Shown here piece after piece: positions 47,237 to 59,639 of a stretch of 64,000 nt of DNA; within the stretch, counting starts at the first letter, position 1; each line of letters opens with the position of its first letter. The translations under genes were made by a program, and so were the position numbers. The notes beneath the pieces were generated by a model. That model was not told the origin of the DNA, searched no databases, and worked only from the letters and a program-made list of their open reading frames with translations. Origin of the DNA: Glaucostegus cemiculus (lineage: Eukaryota); assembly GCA_976551045.1 (NCBI GenBank), contig CDPCPM010000238.1, positions 2,666,001-2,730,000 on the forward strand, written 5' to 3'.

Positions 47237-50200
47237 CTGTGAAAGTAATTCAATATCGTTTGTTATTGAATACGGGAAGCAATCGATTTTTTAAACATCT
47301 TTGATCAGTATCAGACGGTGGCCGATTTATTAAGATCTTTTCTTACTCCGATTTTCTTATCTGATTATACTGAGCCTTAATTCTAGGAGCCATTCCAGGC
47401 TCCACAGAGCAACGTTTACTTCCGTATTTACTATTGATATGTTAGGATGTTGACAGTGTAATCTATCTGAAGAAACAGGTAAACACTTAAAGTAGCATTT
47501 ATATAACTAAATTCTTAGAATGCTAAGACATTGATGCATATTTTAGCTTTCGGCATCTGTTCCCAGAAAACTGCTCATATAGTGGGAGAGCGGTGTTACT
47601 GACGGGGCTGCTGTGCTGGGGACCAAGTTAAGGAAAGACACTTCGCTGGCGCTCCGATCTCAATTAAAGAAGTCAGCGATCCAGTCGCCGCGTGGTCCGA
47701 TGTGGAGTTAGCCACCCTAATATGCAATGGTTATTTGTGAGGGTTGCTATTGGGCAAGATGGGTGGTGCAGGGGGGCCTAGAGTGGCTGTGATGCATGGC
47801 TCAGTGCTGAATCTTGGGCGGCAAGGTAAGTGCGGACCAATGGTACTGACAAGCTTCAGACCACCCGAATCCCACAATCCCTGCCATCGCCTCCGGCTGG
47901 GGGTGATGCAAGTTGCTGATTACCCTTTTTCCCAGCCCCGAGATTTCTCTGTGTTCACAAGGGACCACACTAAGGTTACTGTATCCAAACCTCAGGGTTT
48001 GGAGAGGTGTTCTGCCAAAAAAAAGAGAGGCATCGAACAGGAGGTGATGGGCAGACCCTTCTCACGCCAATCCAGAGGAATGATGCCTGGACTGAAGGGA
48101 CTGATTTGGAAAGAGACTTTGGGAAGACTGGAGACACAGATGCTGGGATATGGAGCAACAACCAAAATGCTGGAGGAACTCAGTGGGTCAGGAAGCATCT
48201 GTGAAGGGAAATGGACAGTCGCCGTTCCTGGTGGAGACCTTTCATCTGCACTGATGAAGGGTCAGGATGAAGTGTCTCAATCTGAAAGATGAACTGTTCA
48301 TTAACCTCCACAGATACTGCCCGCTCCGCTGAGTACCTCCAGCATTTTGTTTGTTACAATGGGTAGGTTGGTTCTGACTTCCCTGGAATGAAGGGGGTTG
48401 AATGGCGACTTTATAAAGGGTTATAAAATTATAAGGGGGTGTGGATAGGGTAGATAATCAGTCTTTTTCCCATGGTCGGGGAGTCTAGAAAAAGAGGATA
48501 GATGTGGGAGGCAGAAGGTTGAAAAGGGATCAGAGGGGCAAGTTTTTTCCACACAGAGAGTGCTGGGTATATGGAACGAGCTATCAGAAAATGTGGTAGA
48601 GGCAGGTAACATTACAGCATATAAAAGACATTTGGACAGGTACGTGGATAGGAAAGATTTAGAGGCATATGTGCCAAACGCAGGCAAATGGGATTAGCAT
48701 AGATAGACATCTAGTTCGGCACTGACGAGTTAGTAGAATGGCCCATTTCCGTGCTGTACGATTCCATGAATCCCTCGGGTATACCTGGGAATAAATAACA
48801 TGTTCCTCGTCGCGTCGACCTTTGTCCGCTCTCAAGTTTAGTGTAGCGTAGGCAGTGGTATGTTCAACTTGTGCTTGTCTAGCCTGTTTCAATATGACAT
48901 TTAACACTATTAGCGGCGAGTCTGATGGAGCGGATAGCTGCCTTAAGCTAGAACGGAATCTTAATTTGTAAACACACAGATCAATAAAATTGGGGCCCAG
49001 TAACATTCTACAATCAATGACAGTGCCCAGTATCTTTCACATGGGAAGATGTAAATTTCTAAATGTAAATACTTTGGCTCTCAAGTCAGAATGGTTTTCA
49101 AGCAACAGCTTAAAAATTACCCTATGAATAATATAAACCTCAATTCCTACATCCCCTTCTTCCTCTCTTATCTTTATCTTTCGACTTCCCAAAACGTTTT
49201 TTGTTGAATGCAGTGGCATCGGTCCCCTCCTCTTCCTCAGCTAGCCTGGTCTCTTGAAGAGGCCAAGAGCAGGGTTAGAGGCTGACGTTTGCCTTATGCA
49301 TTTCCTGGTACATAACCCTAGGTCGCTTACAGAATGTATGATCTAATCACTCCCCCTTTTCCATTTTCTAATTTAGGGATACCGGGGAGTTCTGAAGCAC
49401 TGTTCCAGACGGAAGGACAGTCTTCCTCTTCTTCTCATCTATTTGGTTGCCTTGTGGAATAATTCCATGAAGGTAGTTAGGGTCTGGTGAGATACTTACG
49501 ATTGAAACAGGGAAAGGAATTGGATAGACATGCCGCAGTAACTAAATATACTTATTTTGGCATGACTAAAGCATGGCGTACAAAAGGAAGAAGTATTCCT
49601 ATAGGTCACTTACTGGGTCTCAGCTGAAATATTGCACTAAAATCTGGGCACAACATCCTGAGAAAAAAATGTCTGGATCCAGGGAAAAGTTGCGAAGGAG
49701 ATGTATTAGTATGACACCAGCGATGAAAGACTAACTTATCCCAGGGATATCTAAAGCAGTTATGATCGTTCTGCTTGTATCAGCTAGGATTAAAGATGTA
49801 ATAAATATTTGAAGGATTTTGAATGAATAAGTGCGGAGGAACTATTTGCACTGCTAATGATTTAAGAAATTTGAAAGAAGAACTTGAAGAAAGATGTCGG
49901 GAATATTTTTATTTTTCTCAGTCATTGTCTCAGGATTGAGGACGTGTTGCTTTAACTCCGGTTCTGAGTAAGGGAACGGGTTTTTGTGTGAATTGTTTTA
50001 ATGGAGATGGCCGTTGAACACCAGTCAACAAACGGTTTTGACAGAGGAGATATAATTGCCAATCCATTGTCAAGCAGACTCAAGATGGCTGGAAACAAGG
50101 TTCTGCTGCACAGACGTTATTTTGGTACAGGGTCCAGAACTGCACAGGAACCGCCAAACAAAGGCTTACCAAAGGGTTTATCTGAGCCTCAGCAAGAATC

Positions 50201-53200
50201 GCTACCTTTGCACGCCACCCCTCACCCCCAACCTTGCAATATATTTCAACATATCATTTGTCTTGTTAATTGCTTGGTATATTTTCAATCTGATGCGCAA
50301 CGGCCCTTCTGCATACTAATTATATTAAATTCTCATCATTCAGGAAGTAATCTGTTTTTTCTATTCTTCCAACTTCGCACTCTGTCTGCCGCTTAATGTA
50401 CGTGACCTGCGGTGCATTCTTGGAACTTTTAAATAAGGATTGACAGATACTTGAAAGTAAAGAGTTAAGATAGACAGAATAGACACTTCTGCACCACAAT
50501 AGTCTGACATTTTACTCAATGAAATTAAAAGTTTGTCTGCTGAATGTAACATTTTTGAAAAAAAATCTTTGAAATATAAAGGACATTGTCACCCTACCGG
50601 TTCTGCGCTTTGACTTGGTTCCATCGAATTTGTATTAACATCTACAAAAATAACGTGATTAACAAAGTTTGTGATAACAATGTCAACATAATGTATTTGA
50701 AGCTCATGATATTTATTGCCTGAAGTAAGGATTCCAGTTAGCGCGGATATATTTGAAAACATTTAGCAATGCTGGTTGTTGCAATTTTGTATTTGTACAT
50801 TAGCGTCTCATACTCTTTACTGATGCTGTACCTAATGTAGTGGGACTTGACTTTGAAATACTAAAATCGTGATAGCATGTCACCAATTTTGTTACGTCTC
50901 ATAATTACAAAGAAAATTCAAAGCACGAGGATTTAGATCAGGTCGCCTGCAAAGAAAGTCAAAATCTATATCAAGTTGCTTATGATTCAAGATACTTACA
51001 AAAATGCAATAAATGAACAATTCCAAGTGGTTGAAAATGTGGTTAGAAGATGAATGATTAATTGGAATGAGAAGATGAATTTTTATTTTAAGATCCACTT
51101 CATTTTGTCAGAATCAACTATCAGACACATGATGCTTTTGTTATGTCAGTTTATTGATTAACAATGTTCTTTATAATTCTATAGTCGATTAGCATTAACC
51201 TGCTGCTCTTGTTTGTTAAAAATACAATTAGGATGTTAACGCATTTCGTTCAATAAATAAAGGTCTTACCACGTGACGCCTTTAATCTGCGTATTGTCAG
51301 AATTATAATCAAAACTATAATTGCCAACCCGCCCGCTGCACACCCGAGAATCAGGGCAATATGAGACTCTACAGGAGAAACAGACAAATTAGATGATGCA
51401 AAACCAATGCACATAGAGGTACACCGAGGAAATTGGGAAGCAGGAAGATAGAGCATTTCACGGATGTTTTACAATTCCGGTTGCACGCGGATTGCAATAT
51501 ATACCGAATGGAACCATTGCAAGTTAGTAATGAAATGTAAGAAAAATCAAACAACTCTATTACTTAATGAGCATGGAGCCTTTGTTTACACATCAGGTGA
51601 CTTACTAAGAGCAAAACGAGTCTTGCTTTTCTCTTAGTGTGCGACACTAAACAGTGGGCACAAGCTTTATAAGATACAAAGCCTTCCATATACAAGGACT
51701 GGCACCTAACACCTGTTTCTCCAGCTTTTGAGTTGTAAGAAGAATAAGTTTCATTTTCTTTTGCCTTTATAACCCCCCGGCATATAGAAATAGTGTATAC
51801 TCACAACATTTGACGGCGAATCGCAGAGTAGCAGGTATCAGGAGAGTTGACCTGATACTGCATGTAAAGGGCAGGGTTAAAGTTACATTTTAAGGAGAGG
51901 CCAGGACACTGAACGGTATAGGGAAGGAATTCCAGTGTCGAGGACATGGGTAGTTGAATTCAGAATGAGCAGGAAAAGGATGGAATTAATGACATTTAAA
52001 TACACAAGACTTTAAAACTGGATGACACTTTATAGCGGGTAAGAACATAAGGACTAGGAAATAAGGTCATGGGATATCTCGAGCTTTCTTAAATTGTTGT
52101 GGTTATTCCTATATTATAATCCACTTTCCTGCCTGATATTCATATTCCGTGATCCTCTGATTTTTCAAAAGAAAGGAATCCGGTCAATACCGACTTATTC
52201 CCAATTTCCACTCGCCCTTGGTAACGCAGCAGTGAGCTGCCTTCGCGGATCACTACAGTGGTCCGGGTGAAGAGAACCCAATAATGCTATTGAGCGGGTA
52301 GTTCTAGGGTTTGCTAGTATCTGCCATGCTACGAGGCAGGGAATTGCAAAGATTCACATCTTTCTGTGTGCTGAAATTTCTTCTCAATTCAAATGCAAAA
52401 TTCGCCATCTCTTAAAGTACGTGTGTAATAGTTCAGACAGTGTCTTTGCCCGTTTGCCCTATAATGTTCTTTTACAGCTCAGATGATCCTCTGCCCGCTA
52501 ATACATCTTGAAAGTGCCTTGAAGTTTGTGCTGTGTCACATGCACTATAAACAATCAATGTATTAATTCACCTGACATGGACGTAATTAAGCAAAATAGT
52601 GCGGAATGATGCAATGCCGCGGAAAGCTGTTTGTGCATTGGCCTGCTATTATGAATATTTCCCCCTTCTCCCCGTGTTTGGATAGATATCCAGCTACATT
52701 TCTAAACCGGGTTCGACTTCCCCTGTTTCCAATCTCACCTGGCTCGACGGTGTAGTTAACTCTGGCGGGCGACTGAAGTGATTCATGTGACACCAGGCAG
52801 GTGTAAACATCTTTGCCCCAGTTCGGCGGCGTAATTTCCAGAAAACTGGAAGCCTCATACAATTCCTCCACGCTTTTGTTTCTCACCTCTTTTACTCCGG
52901 TCAGAACTGTTACACCATTTCTAAGCCAGGATATTTCTAATTTCTCCGGATAAAAGGCAGCCGTTTTACACACGAGTTTTCGAGCCGGTGAAGTCTCTTC
53001 AACTGTATCAATTTTCAGGGGAGTTGGTAGAGCTGCAACAACAAAAAAAGTTATTTTGCATGCTTTCTTTCCATAGCAATGAATGCGTCCTCGTCTGCCC
53101 CATCACTTCGCGATATTGCAGTCCCACTAGCACAACGGTTACCCGAGCTCTCGCTTAAACTTCTGGGCTTTTGAAGTTGTTTTATATTTCGTTTTACGGT

Positions 53201-56034
53201 GGACGGTAAAATGTATTCAAGCACTCCAAGAAAGCGCGAAGCTGGATGTCGGTAAGGTCGGGGAAATGAGCCGCTGTTCTGCAGTGCCAGGTGGAGCGCG
53301 CAGTACGAGCGAGAAGCAGCCTGTTGTGCTTATTTCAAAACTAACTATTATTTTAAGATAATCTTTGCAAAGACTGAGATATGTATAATAGACTGTCATA
53401 GAGACACACCGCACGGAAACTGGCACTACACCAGACTGCGTTCACACCGATCACTAAGGACCATTTCCACTGTTTTTCTCCAGCATCCCCATCAACCAGC
53501 CTCATCCCCCCACACCACAACACACCTACCAGGAGCAATTTACAGCAGCACATTATCCGACCAACCAGCACATATTTGGCATGTGGAAGAAACCGGAGCA
53601 CTGGAGTTCACCAGTTCACAGGGAGAATGCGCAACTACACACGGACTGTACCCGAGGTCAGGATCGAACCTGCCCATGAAGCTGTGAGGGAGCTGTGCTC
53701 ACCGATATTGCACTGTATATATCCAGATGTCACCAATGTCTTAAGTCTAGAGGCAAGGTGTAGTTACAAATATAGATTAGAGATTTGTCCTCACAGTTGT
53801 TAAGGCAGCCGTGCCGTGTCCGGGATGAAGATTTCAGATGACGCAACTTTTAACTAAGAGAGTTTTCTCCATAAGCGGACTGTGGGCTAGAAGACTTACT
53901 ATATAACTCGTAGCATCAATAAAGACGAAGGAAAGCGAATGGGAAATCCAAACTCACAGCAGATATCTTCTGCACCTTTAACTTTTCTTAAAAACACTCT
54001 GTTCGTTGAACACATTTAGTCTGGATAAGATCCGACTGATCTGTATTAGTCACGAGCGAACGCTGATTTGCGTGCGTTGGATCTACAGTCAGTGCTTGGC
54101 TGAATGGAGAGTTAATTGCTAAGCTAAAATGAGAGTTTATTACGAGAAATCTGTTTAACATCCCAGTTGTACATCTAGTTATTTTACGTTTTTGTGATAA
54201 CACATTATTGACTCGGGATCCTCATTAATTTTGGAAGAGATATCCGTCTTTCTTCTCAGCCTCAGGGAGTGCACTGCCAAACAAATTCGGAATTTCTCCA
54301 CCACTTGACCACGGATCTATTTTATGTAGAACAAATATTTTGGGGGAACTTCCGTTGAGAACACGGGTGTTGGGTCTGTAAAGGGAAATCGTGAATTACA
54401 AGGACTGGAGCCCAGGCGTTTTCCCAGGATGCCGTTAAATGTTGTTCATGTTTTACAGATGATGAGTGTATAAAGAAAATCTACTTGGAGTGAGATAGAC
54501 ACGAACACGGGGATGTTCAGTTCGCAGACTCGGATACCTCGAGGGGAAGAGTCACGCCTCTCAATGGACTGTAAGATTCCCTTGTAACATAACAATGGTA
54601 GTCTGAAACGGATTTTAGCTTCGGTTACAAACCGAGGAACAGATGCAGAGCATTTATCCCACGAAGCTTGTCCGGTGTTCAAGGAAATCTTTGAACTGTA
54701 TCTGTCCACACTGCAGACCGCGTGACACCGAACCCTAACAAAAACTTTACATCCCACTTCCAAGAGGCCGTTTTCGCTTTCCGTTTCCAGACTTTAAGGG
54801 GAAAATGTTGCAAATTTCGGAGACTTCGGCACAACAAATCCCGGATTGACAACTTGAAACAGTGGCGATAAACAGAAGACATCTGGTGTGTGGATGACAC
54901 GGATTGCGAGTGGAAACTTCGGATATTGTAACGAGGGTTGGCATGAAATTGTTGCGTCGTTATTTTTGCTTAGAGGAACCGCATTAGGCTGCAGGTGTTA
55001 ACATTCTTGCCTTGTCTCCGGTGAGGCGAAATCTGTCCCTCTCACACCAAGATTTAAATATTCATACTGCTTCAACATCTTCCCTGCAAAACGATTCGAA
55101 CACAACTTCCAATCTAAGTAATTTAATTAAAAAACTCCGGTACACAAGGGAGATAATAAAACGTGAACCGAGGTAATTGCTTACAAAATGGTAGCGTGAA
55201 TCTGCCGGATGTCAATGGAACAGGCCCTCTGGAGAACCACGAAGTGAGGAATAGCACAACATTCCTCACCCCACAGATGCTGCTCCACGTGCTGATTATT
55301 TCCAGAGATTTCCGGTTTCCAGTCCGTGCAGCGGTTTGCTTTTACAATATAAAACGGAATTAGATATTTATTGAGTTTTCGCTGAGTGATAAAAATTCAC
55401 ATTATTCCCATCACCGAGCTTTACTTATATCGCAGGAAGTCAAAATTTCCCCACTTACGGGACACTTACCGAACACAGTGAGTCTGGAGCCAGGTCCGTC
55501 TCCGATATACTGTTGCTGATCATGCACTTTGCAGTAATACATCCCGGAGTCTGCGACACTCGCATTCAGGAGAGTGAAAGTCGCTCTGCCCTTGCTAACA
55601 TTAAATTGTTTTCTGCTGTCTGGTTGTAGAGAATTCTCGCCCCATCTCCACCAAGAAACATCAGGAGTAGCTTGTGACATGGGGAATGTGCAGTACATAG
55701 AAACATTGTCTCCTCTGTGAACGTTCTTATCTTTGGGGATTTGGTCCACTCTGCTCGAAGTTACTTCTGCGGCTGCCAGAAAATAAGCGAGACCATTGAA
55801 AACAGTTGCACAAAGTGGACAAGGAAAAAGAACCAAGAGACGAAAAGGATAAACATAATTTAGAAACAGCGACAAGCGGATTGGGGAAGCACTGTCAGTA
55901 AATTCGCGGTAGTTAATCAACATGGCATTTTCTTAAACAGGACTGGGTGTTCGGAAACAGCACAAGTCACTGAACGTACCCCACCAAACTGTAGCCAGAA
56001 GAGTCAAGCACCGAACTGATGCTTTAACCGACAT
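47093..56034 (-). CDS. IgSF inhibitory receptor, SIRP-like VJ-C1-TM-ITIM, copy 4, divergent ectodomain (345 aa)
   Basis: Exons 55980-56034, 55470-55772, 52739-53032, 51270-51368, 50598-50641, 48785-48883, 47093-47236; all coding indels versus copies 1-3 are multiples of 3. Confidence 0.9.
48785..48883 (-). CDS. Copy 4 cytoplasmic exon 6 (12 nt shorter, in frame)
   Basis: ARQAQVEHTTAYATLNLRADKGRRDEEHVIYSQ. Confidence 0.85.
50598..50641 (-). CDS. Copy 4 cytoplasmic exon 5
   Basis: DVNTNSMEPSQSAEP, splice sites conserved. Confidence 0.8.
51270..51368 (-). CDS. Copy 4 TM exon
   Basis: ESHIALILGCAAGGLAIIVLIIILTIRRLKASR. Confidence 0.92.
52739..53032 (-). CDS. Copy 4 C1 exon (divergent)
   Basis: LVCKTAAFYPEKLEISWLRNG...YTCLVSHESL; donor GTGAGA. 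Confidence 0.95.
55470..55772 (-). CDS. Copy 4 VJ-type V exon (divergent)
   Basis: VSMYC...VSWWRW...DSGMYYC...GDGPGSRLTVF; one codon shorter than copies 1-3. Confidence 0.95.
55980..56034 (-). CDS. Copy 4 leader exon MSVKASVRCLTLLATVWW
   Basis: ATG, 55 nt, donor GTACGT; better conserved than its flanks. Confidence 0.82.
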
Positions 56035-57539
56035 CTTGCAAATGATGTGTTGACTGCTTGCTGCCAATGAGCGGAGTGTCCTCAAAGGTTGTGTAAGAAT
56101 CAGTACTTCATGAATAAATATCTGATGATTGTGATCATGACATAGGATATCACGTGAGAGTGGCGTGGGTTTCGCGTTTAGTTGTTTTGGCGGAGTCCTC
56201 TCCCATCTTTGTATCTAAGGTACAACTCTCTCCCAGACTTACCTAAGACATTGTGCTTAGATAATCCACCGTGGCAATCTTTATCAATCCGTGGCCCTCT
56301 TCTCCATACAAGGAAAGGCGATTCAGTCCAGAGCCGCGGACCTTCCTCCAACATCTCATCCAAGGCACTTCTGCATACAATTGCTCGAGCAATGAGTGCA
56401 GCCAAGTATTCCGGCTCCGGTACTTAGGTCTTAATGTTCTTTTTTATATCGCTCACCTTCCATATACGTACTAAGCCTTGGGAACAACAATGAGGATTAA
56501 TAAACCCGCTTTTCTGCTCTCCCGGCTTAGAGCTGTTGAAGCCATTTGTAATGTAAACATCAGTATTGAGACCAGTACGTTTAAGTGTTACAGATATTTA
56601 CTCAATTGGCTTGAAACGTGTATTAATAACTGCAAACGAAACTGCAAGGAGAAACTAACCCGAACGACGGACACTATACTGCAAGGGAAAGAAGAGATGT
56701 CAATGAAAGTGAGGCCGTTCGTTCACATCCACACAGTTTGCCACAGGTTTCGGTCTCCAACCCTCCGCAATGCCAGATGAATTGACCAGAATTAGGAGGA
56801 CATAATCTTTCATGGAGCAGCTCCCAAGTGCCACTCAGATGACCTGCATTATCGGTTGGTAACAGCAGGGCCAGGATAGACTGTAAGTAACTTCCGAATG
56901 TTAGACTGGAGAATCTGGCATTCAAAATTATGAACAAATATGTTTGAAGAAATAAGAAAATGTTTCCAGGGACAGAATGGTTGGTAACCATTGATGCAAA
57001 CTCGTTAGCAAAGCGGCCAGATTCTCCAGTCTCTCTAATTATCTCTCTAACCTCTTTCCTGTATATCTTTTCATTTCACTCTTTACACTTCCTAAAGTTT
57101 GATGGGCAGATTAGAACACCTTACCCCAGCTGAGGGTTAGCCTGTGATTCTTATAAAGCTTTAAAAGAACGTAATAACCTTTCGGCTCTGTAATCCCCTG
57201 TGAAGTTAAGGATCCATTATGATTTCCAACAGCCATTTGGTTTGTTCTGCGACCTTTCAGGATTTGCGATTCTACATCCAAACATACGAACATACTCTTT
57301 ATTTTTTATTCAGTCACATGCCGCACTTTCACTGAAATGTCCTTTCACGCTGATCAGTAACATGTGGGTCATTCAAATTTATTTATATTTACCGTTCCCT
57401 GTTCTGGCAGAGTGGCCGGTAGAGCAGCACGCATAACATAACAGTAGATGAACTAACATGCTGGAATGTGGAGGCCGAGGACCGACATACATGTGATGGA
57501 GTCTCCAGTTGTTGCCTCCTTCACTTCAAGGGGAGGTCC

Positions 57540-58010
57540 AAGGGGAAATTGGAGGAACTTCACCTCATTTTCCATCTTGGAACCTTGCACCCCAACGGCA
57601 CGAATATTGAATTGTCCCACTTTTAGTAATTATCTCAACCCTCCACCCCACACACCCCAACCAATCCTCTTCTTTTCTTCCCTTTTCCAGCCTATTTCTC
57701 TTTTTTTCTTCTGTTTTTTTTTACTCTCTGCACCTTTGACCCATCCCCCGATGGATATGCTTTCCCCTCCTACCCCGCACCTGCCTATCACTATCTCTTA
57801 GTTGCATCTACCTATCACCGCCTTGTACCCACCCTGCCTCCCTTCTTTTGTCCACCTATCACTGCTTTGCTTCTCCCTGCTATATATTGCGCTTCTCCTT
57901 TTCTCATCTTCTGTCCTCAAAAGGGTCCTGCCCCGAAATGTTGACTGTCTGCTTTTCTCCACGGATGCGACCTGGCCTGCTGAGTTCCTCCAGTATGGCC
58001 GTGTTTTTCA
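57540..58010 (+). mobile_element. Penelope-like terminal remnant
   Basis: aaattggaggaac...cacctcatttt, pyrimidine tract, gggtcctgccccgaaatgttgac...gacctggcctgctgagttcctccag. Confidence 0.7.
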
Positions 58011-59639
58011 TGCAGCTATCCACAGACCTTTGTTTCACTGTTTCTCGCTGCTGCCTGGGTAACCTGACTGTGCACCTGTTTTCCACATGGGAATTATGTG
58101 GCTTGTTCAAAAACAATCTCATTGGCGGTAAATAACTGGAATTACAGAAGTGACCAGAAATGTTTGTTGATTGTGCTGCCTTAGCTGATGTTAACTCAAT
58201 ACTTAACTATACTTCCATGCGTCCTTTCATTTGATTGATTTACACGTATAGCAAAAAGCGTTGGTGCAAGACCAAACTCCCGAGGAACACCTTTCAGTAC
58301 ATTTTCCTTATTCTCTACTTTCAACACATAACGCCTCACTACCCTACTTTTGCTGATATGCTCTTCAGTGCAATTTTCCAGATGATTTCTGGAAACCACA
58401 TCCGTGAAATTCACAGGTCCAGGAATGCAATGATATCTTTTAAACATATTTTCCAACTTGTCTTAGCCCTCGGACGAGGTAGGCTGGATTTCTTTTCATT
58501 TACTTTTCCTTTCCAGGTCTCGATTCGAATGTCTGCGAAATTACTAACTCAACCTTCTTTTGTGTACAGGAGCGACAGCACATTTGAGGCACTTAAATGA
58601 CAACGAAGTTCTCTGGGACCAGAATCACTCGCTAACTGAACTATAGAAACAAAAGTCCGTTTATCCGCGTATTGTACAGTTTGTTTTCATTCATAAAAAG
58701 GCCACTTCTCCTTCGTAGTTCATTATCTGCTGCGCTGTTTCTGAAATATGTTTCAGCTGACAATAATTGACTGTGTTTTCAAATGCCCCTTGACTTGCCG
58801 CATCCGATCACATTGAGACGGCGGAATAAAGCGGGATGTTTCTGCTGATATTGGTTTTATTATGCCATTGAAAATATCAAGATGTCATCACTGGACGCTA
58901 ACAGAGAATGGCTGACACATTTAAAACTGATATTTAGCTCATATTAAGAGCAGTTCTTTCCAGAATGAACACGCCACGGGATCACTAAATGTAAACCTTG
59001 CATTGCAAATATTTAGATGTATTTAGCAGGATTGCAAAGAAATGATCGAAATTGTACTTGTTCCACTCGAGCGACAAATGTGATAATGCGAGCGGTCTGC
59101 AACTTCCGTGTTTCAGACAAACACAACCTTGAAGCACAGACAGTTTCCATCATGTCATCAGTAGATTCGCTGGTGCACATTTATTCTTCCGGTGCGCTAC
59201 TTCTTCTTAGCTTGAGCTACGAATGCGTTTGTGGTGAGTAATTAGCCTTAAAAGAAATCAGCTCGGACCTATCTTTTTATAGAAAAATTGCAAATGTTGG
59301 TGCTCAAGCAACAGAAGCCACAAACGCAAGCAGAAAGCTAAAATAGTTGTCTCCTTCAAGAGGACGTGCTCCTCTCCATCGCAATGGAAAAACATAAGAA
59401 GGCATTTAGAAAGCCACAGAATAAATGGAAAAAGAAGGCCCGCAAACACGCGCGCGCACACGAACACACATTTTAACGTCGACGTACCATGCAATACGTT
59501 GCTCACAGATACATAAAGAATCAACTTTCATTTACACAGCGTCTTCAAATTATGAAAAGAGGAAAAAATCGAGAATGCTTTCGAGAGATATTGAGGTTCT
59601 GCAAACTGTTTTGGGAGTTAGAAGTTAAAAAGCAGGACC

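Larger units (their letters stand above)
45970..56240. repeat. Tandem duplication unit 4 (progressively diverged paralogous unit)
   Basis: Near-identical to ~48100, moderately diverged to ~51870, strongly diverged beyond; patchy homology persists near 58580-58790 and 62730-62790. Confidence 0.92.

Noticed and set aside
1-48100. Tandem units as an assembly artefact
   Set aside because: Units carry many consistent private and shared substitutions and distinct V exons. Exact copy number still needs long-read confirmation.
55705-55720. RGD motif in the copy 4 V domain
   Set aside because: It falls in the ordinary Ig A'-B turn (xGxxV) and is not conserved in paralogs; likely incidental.
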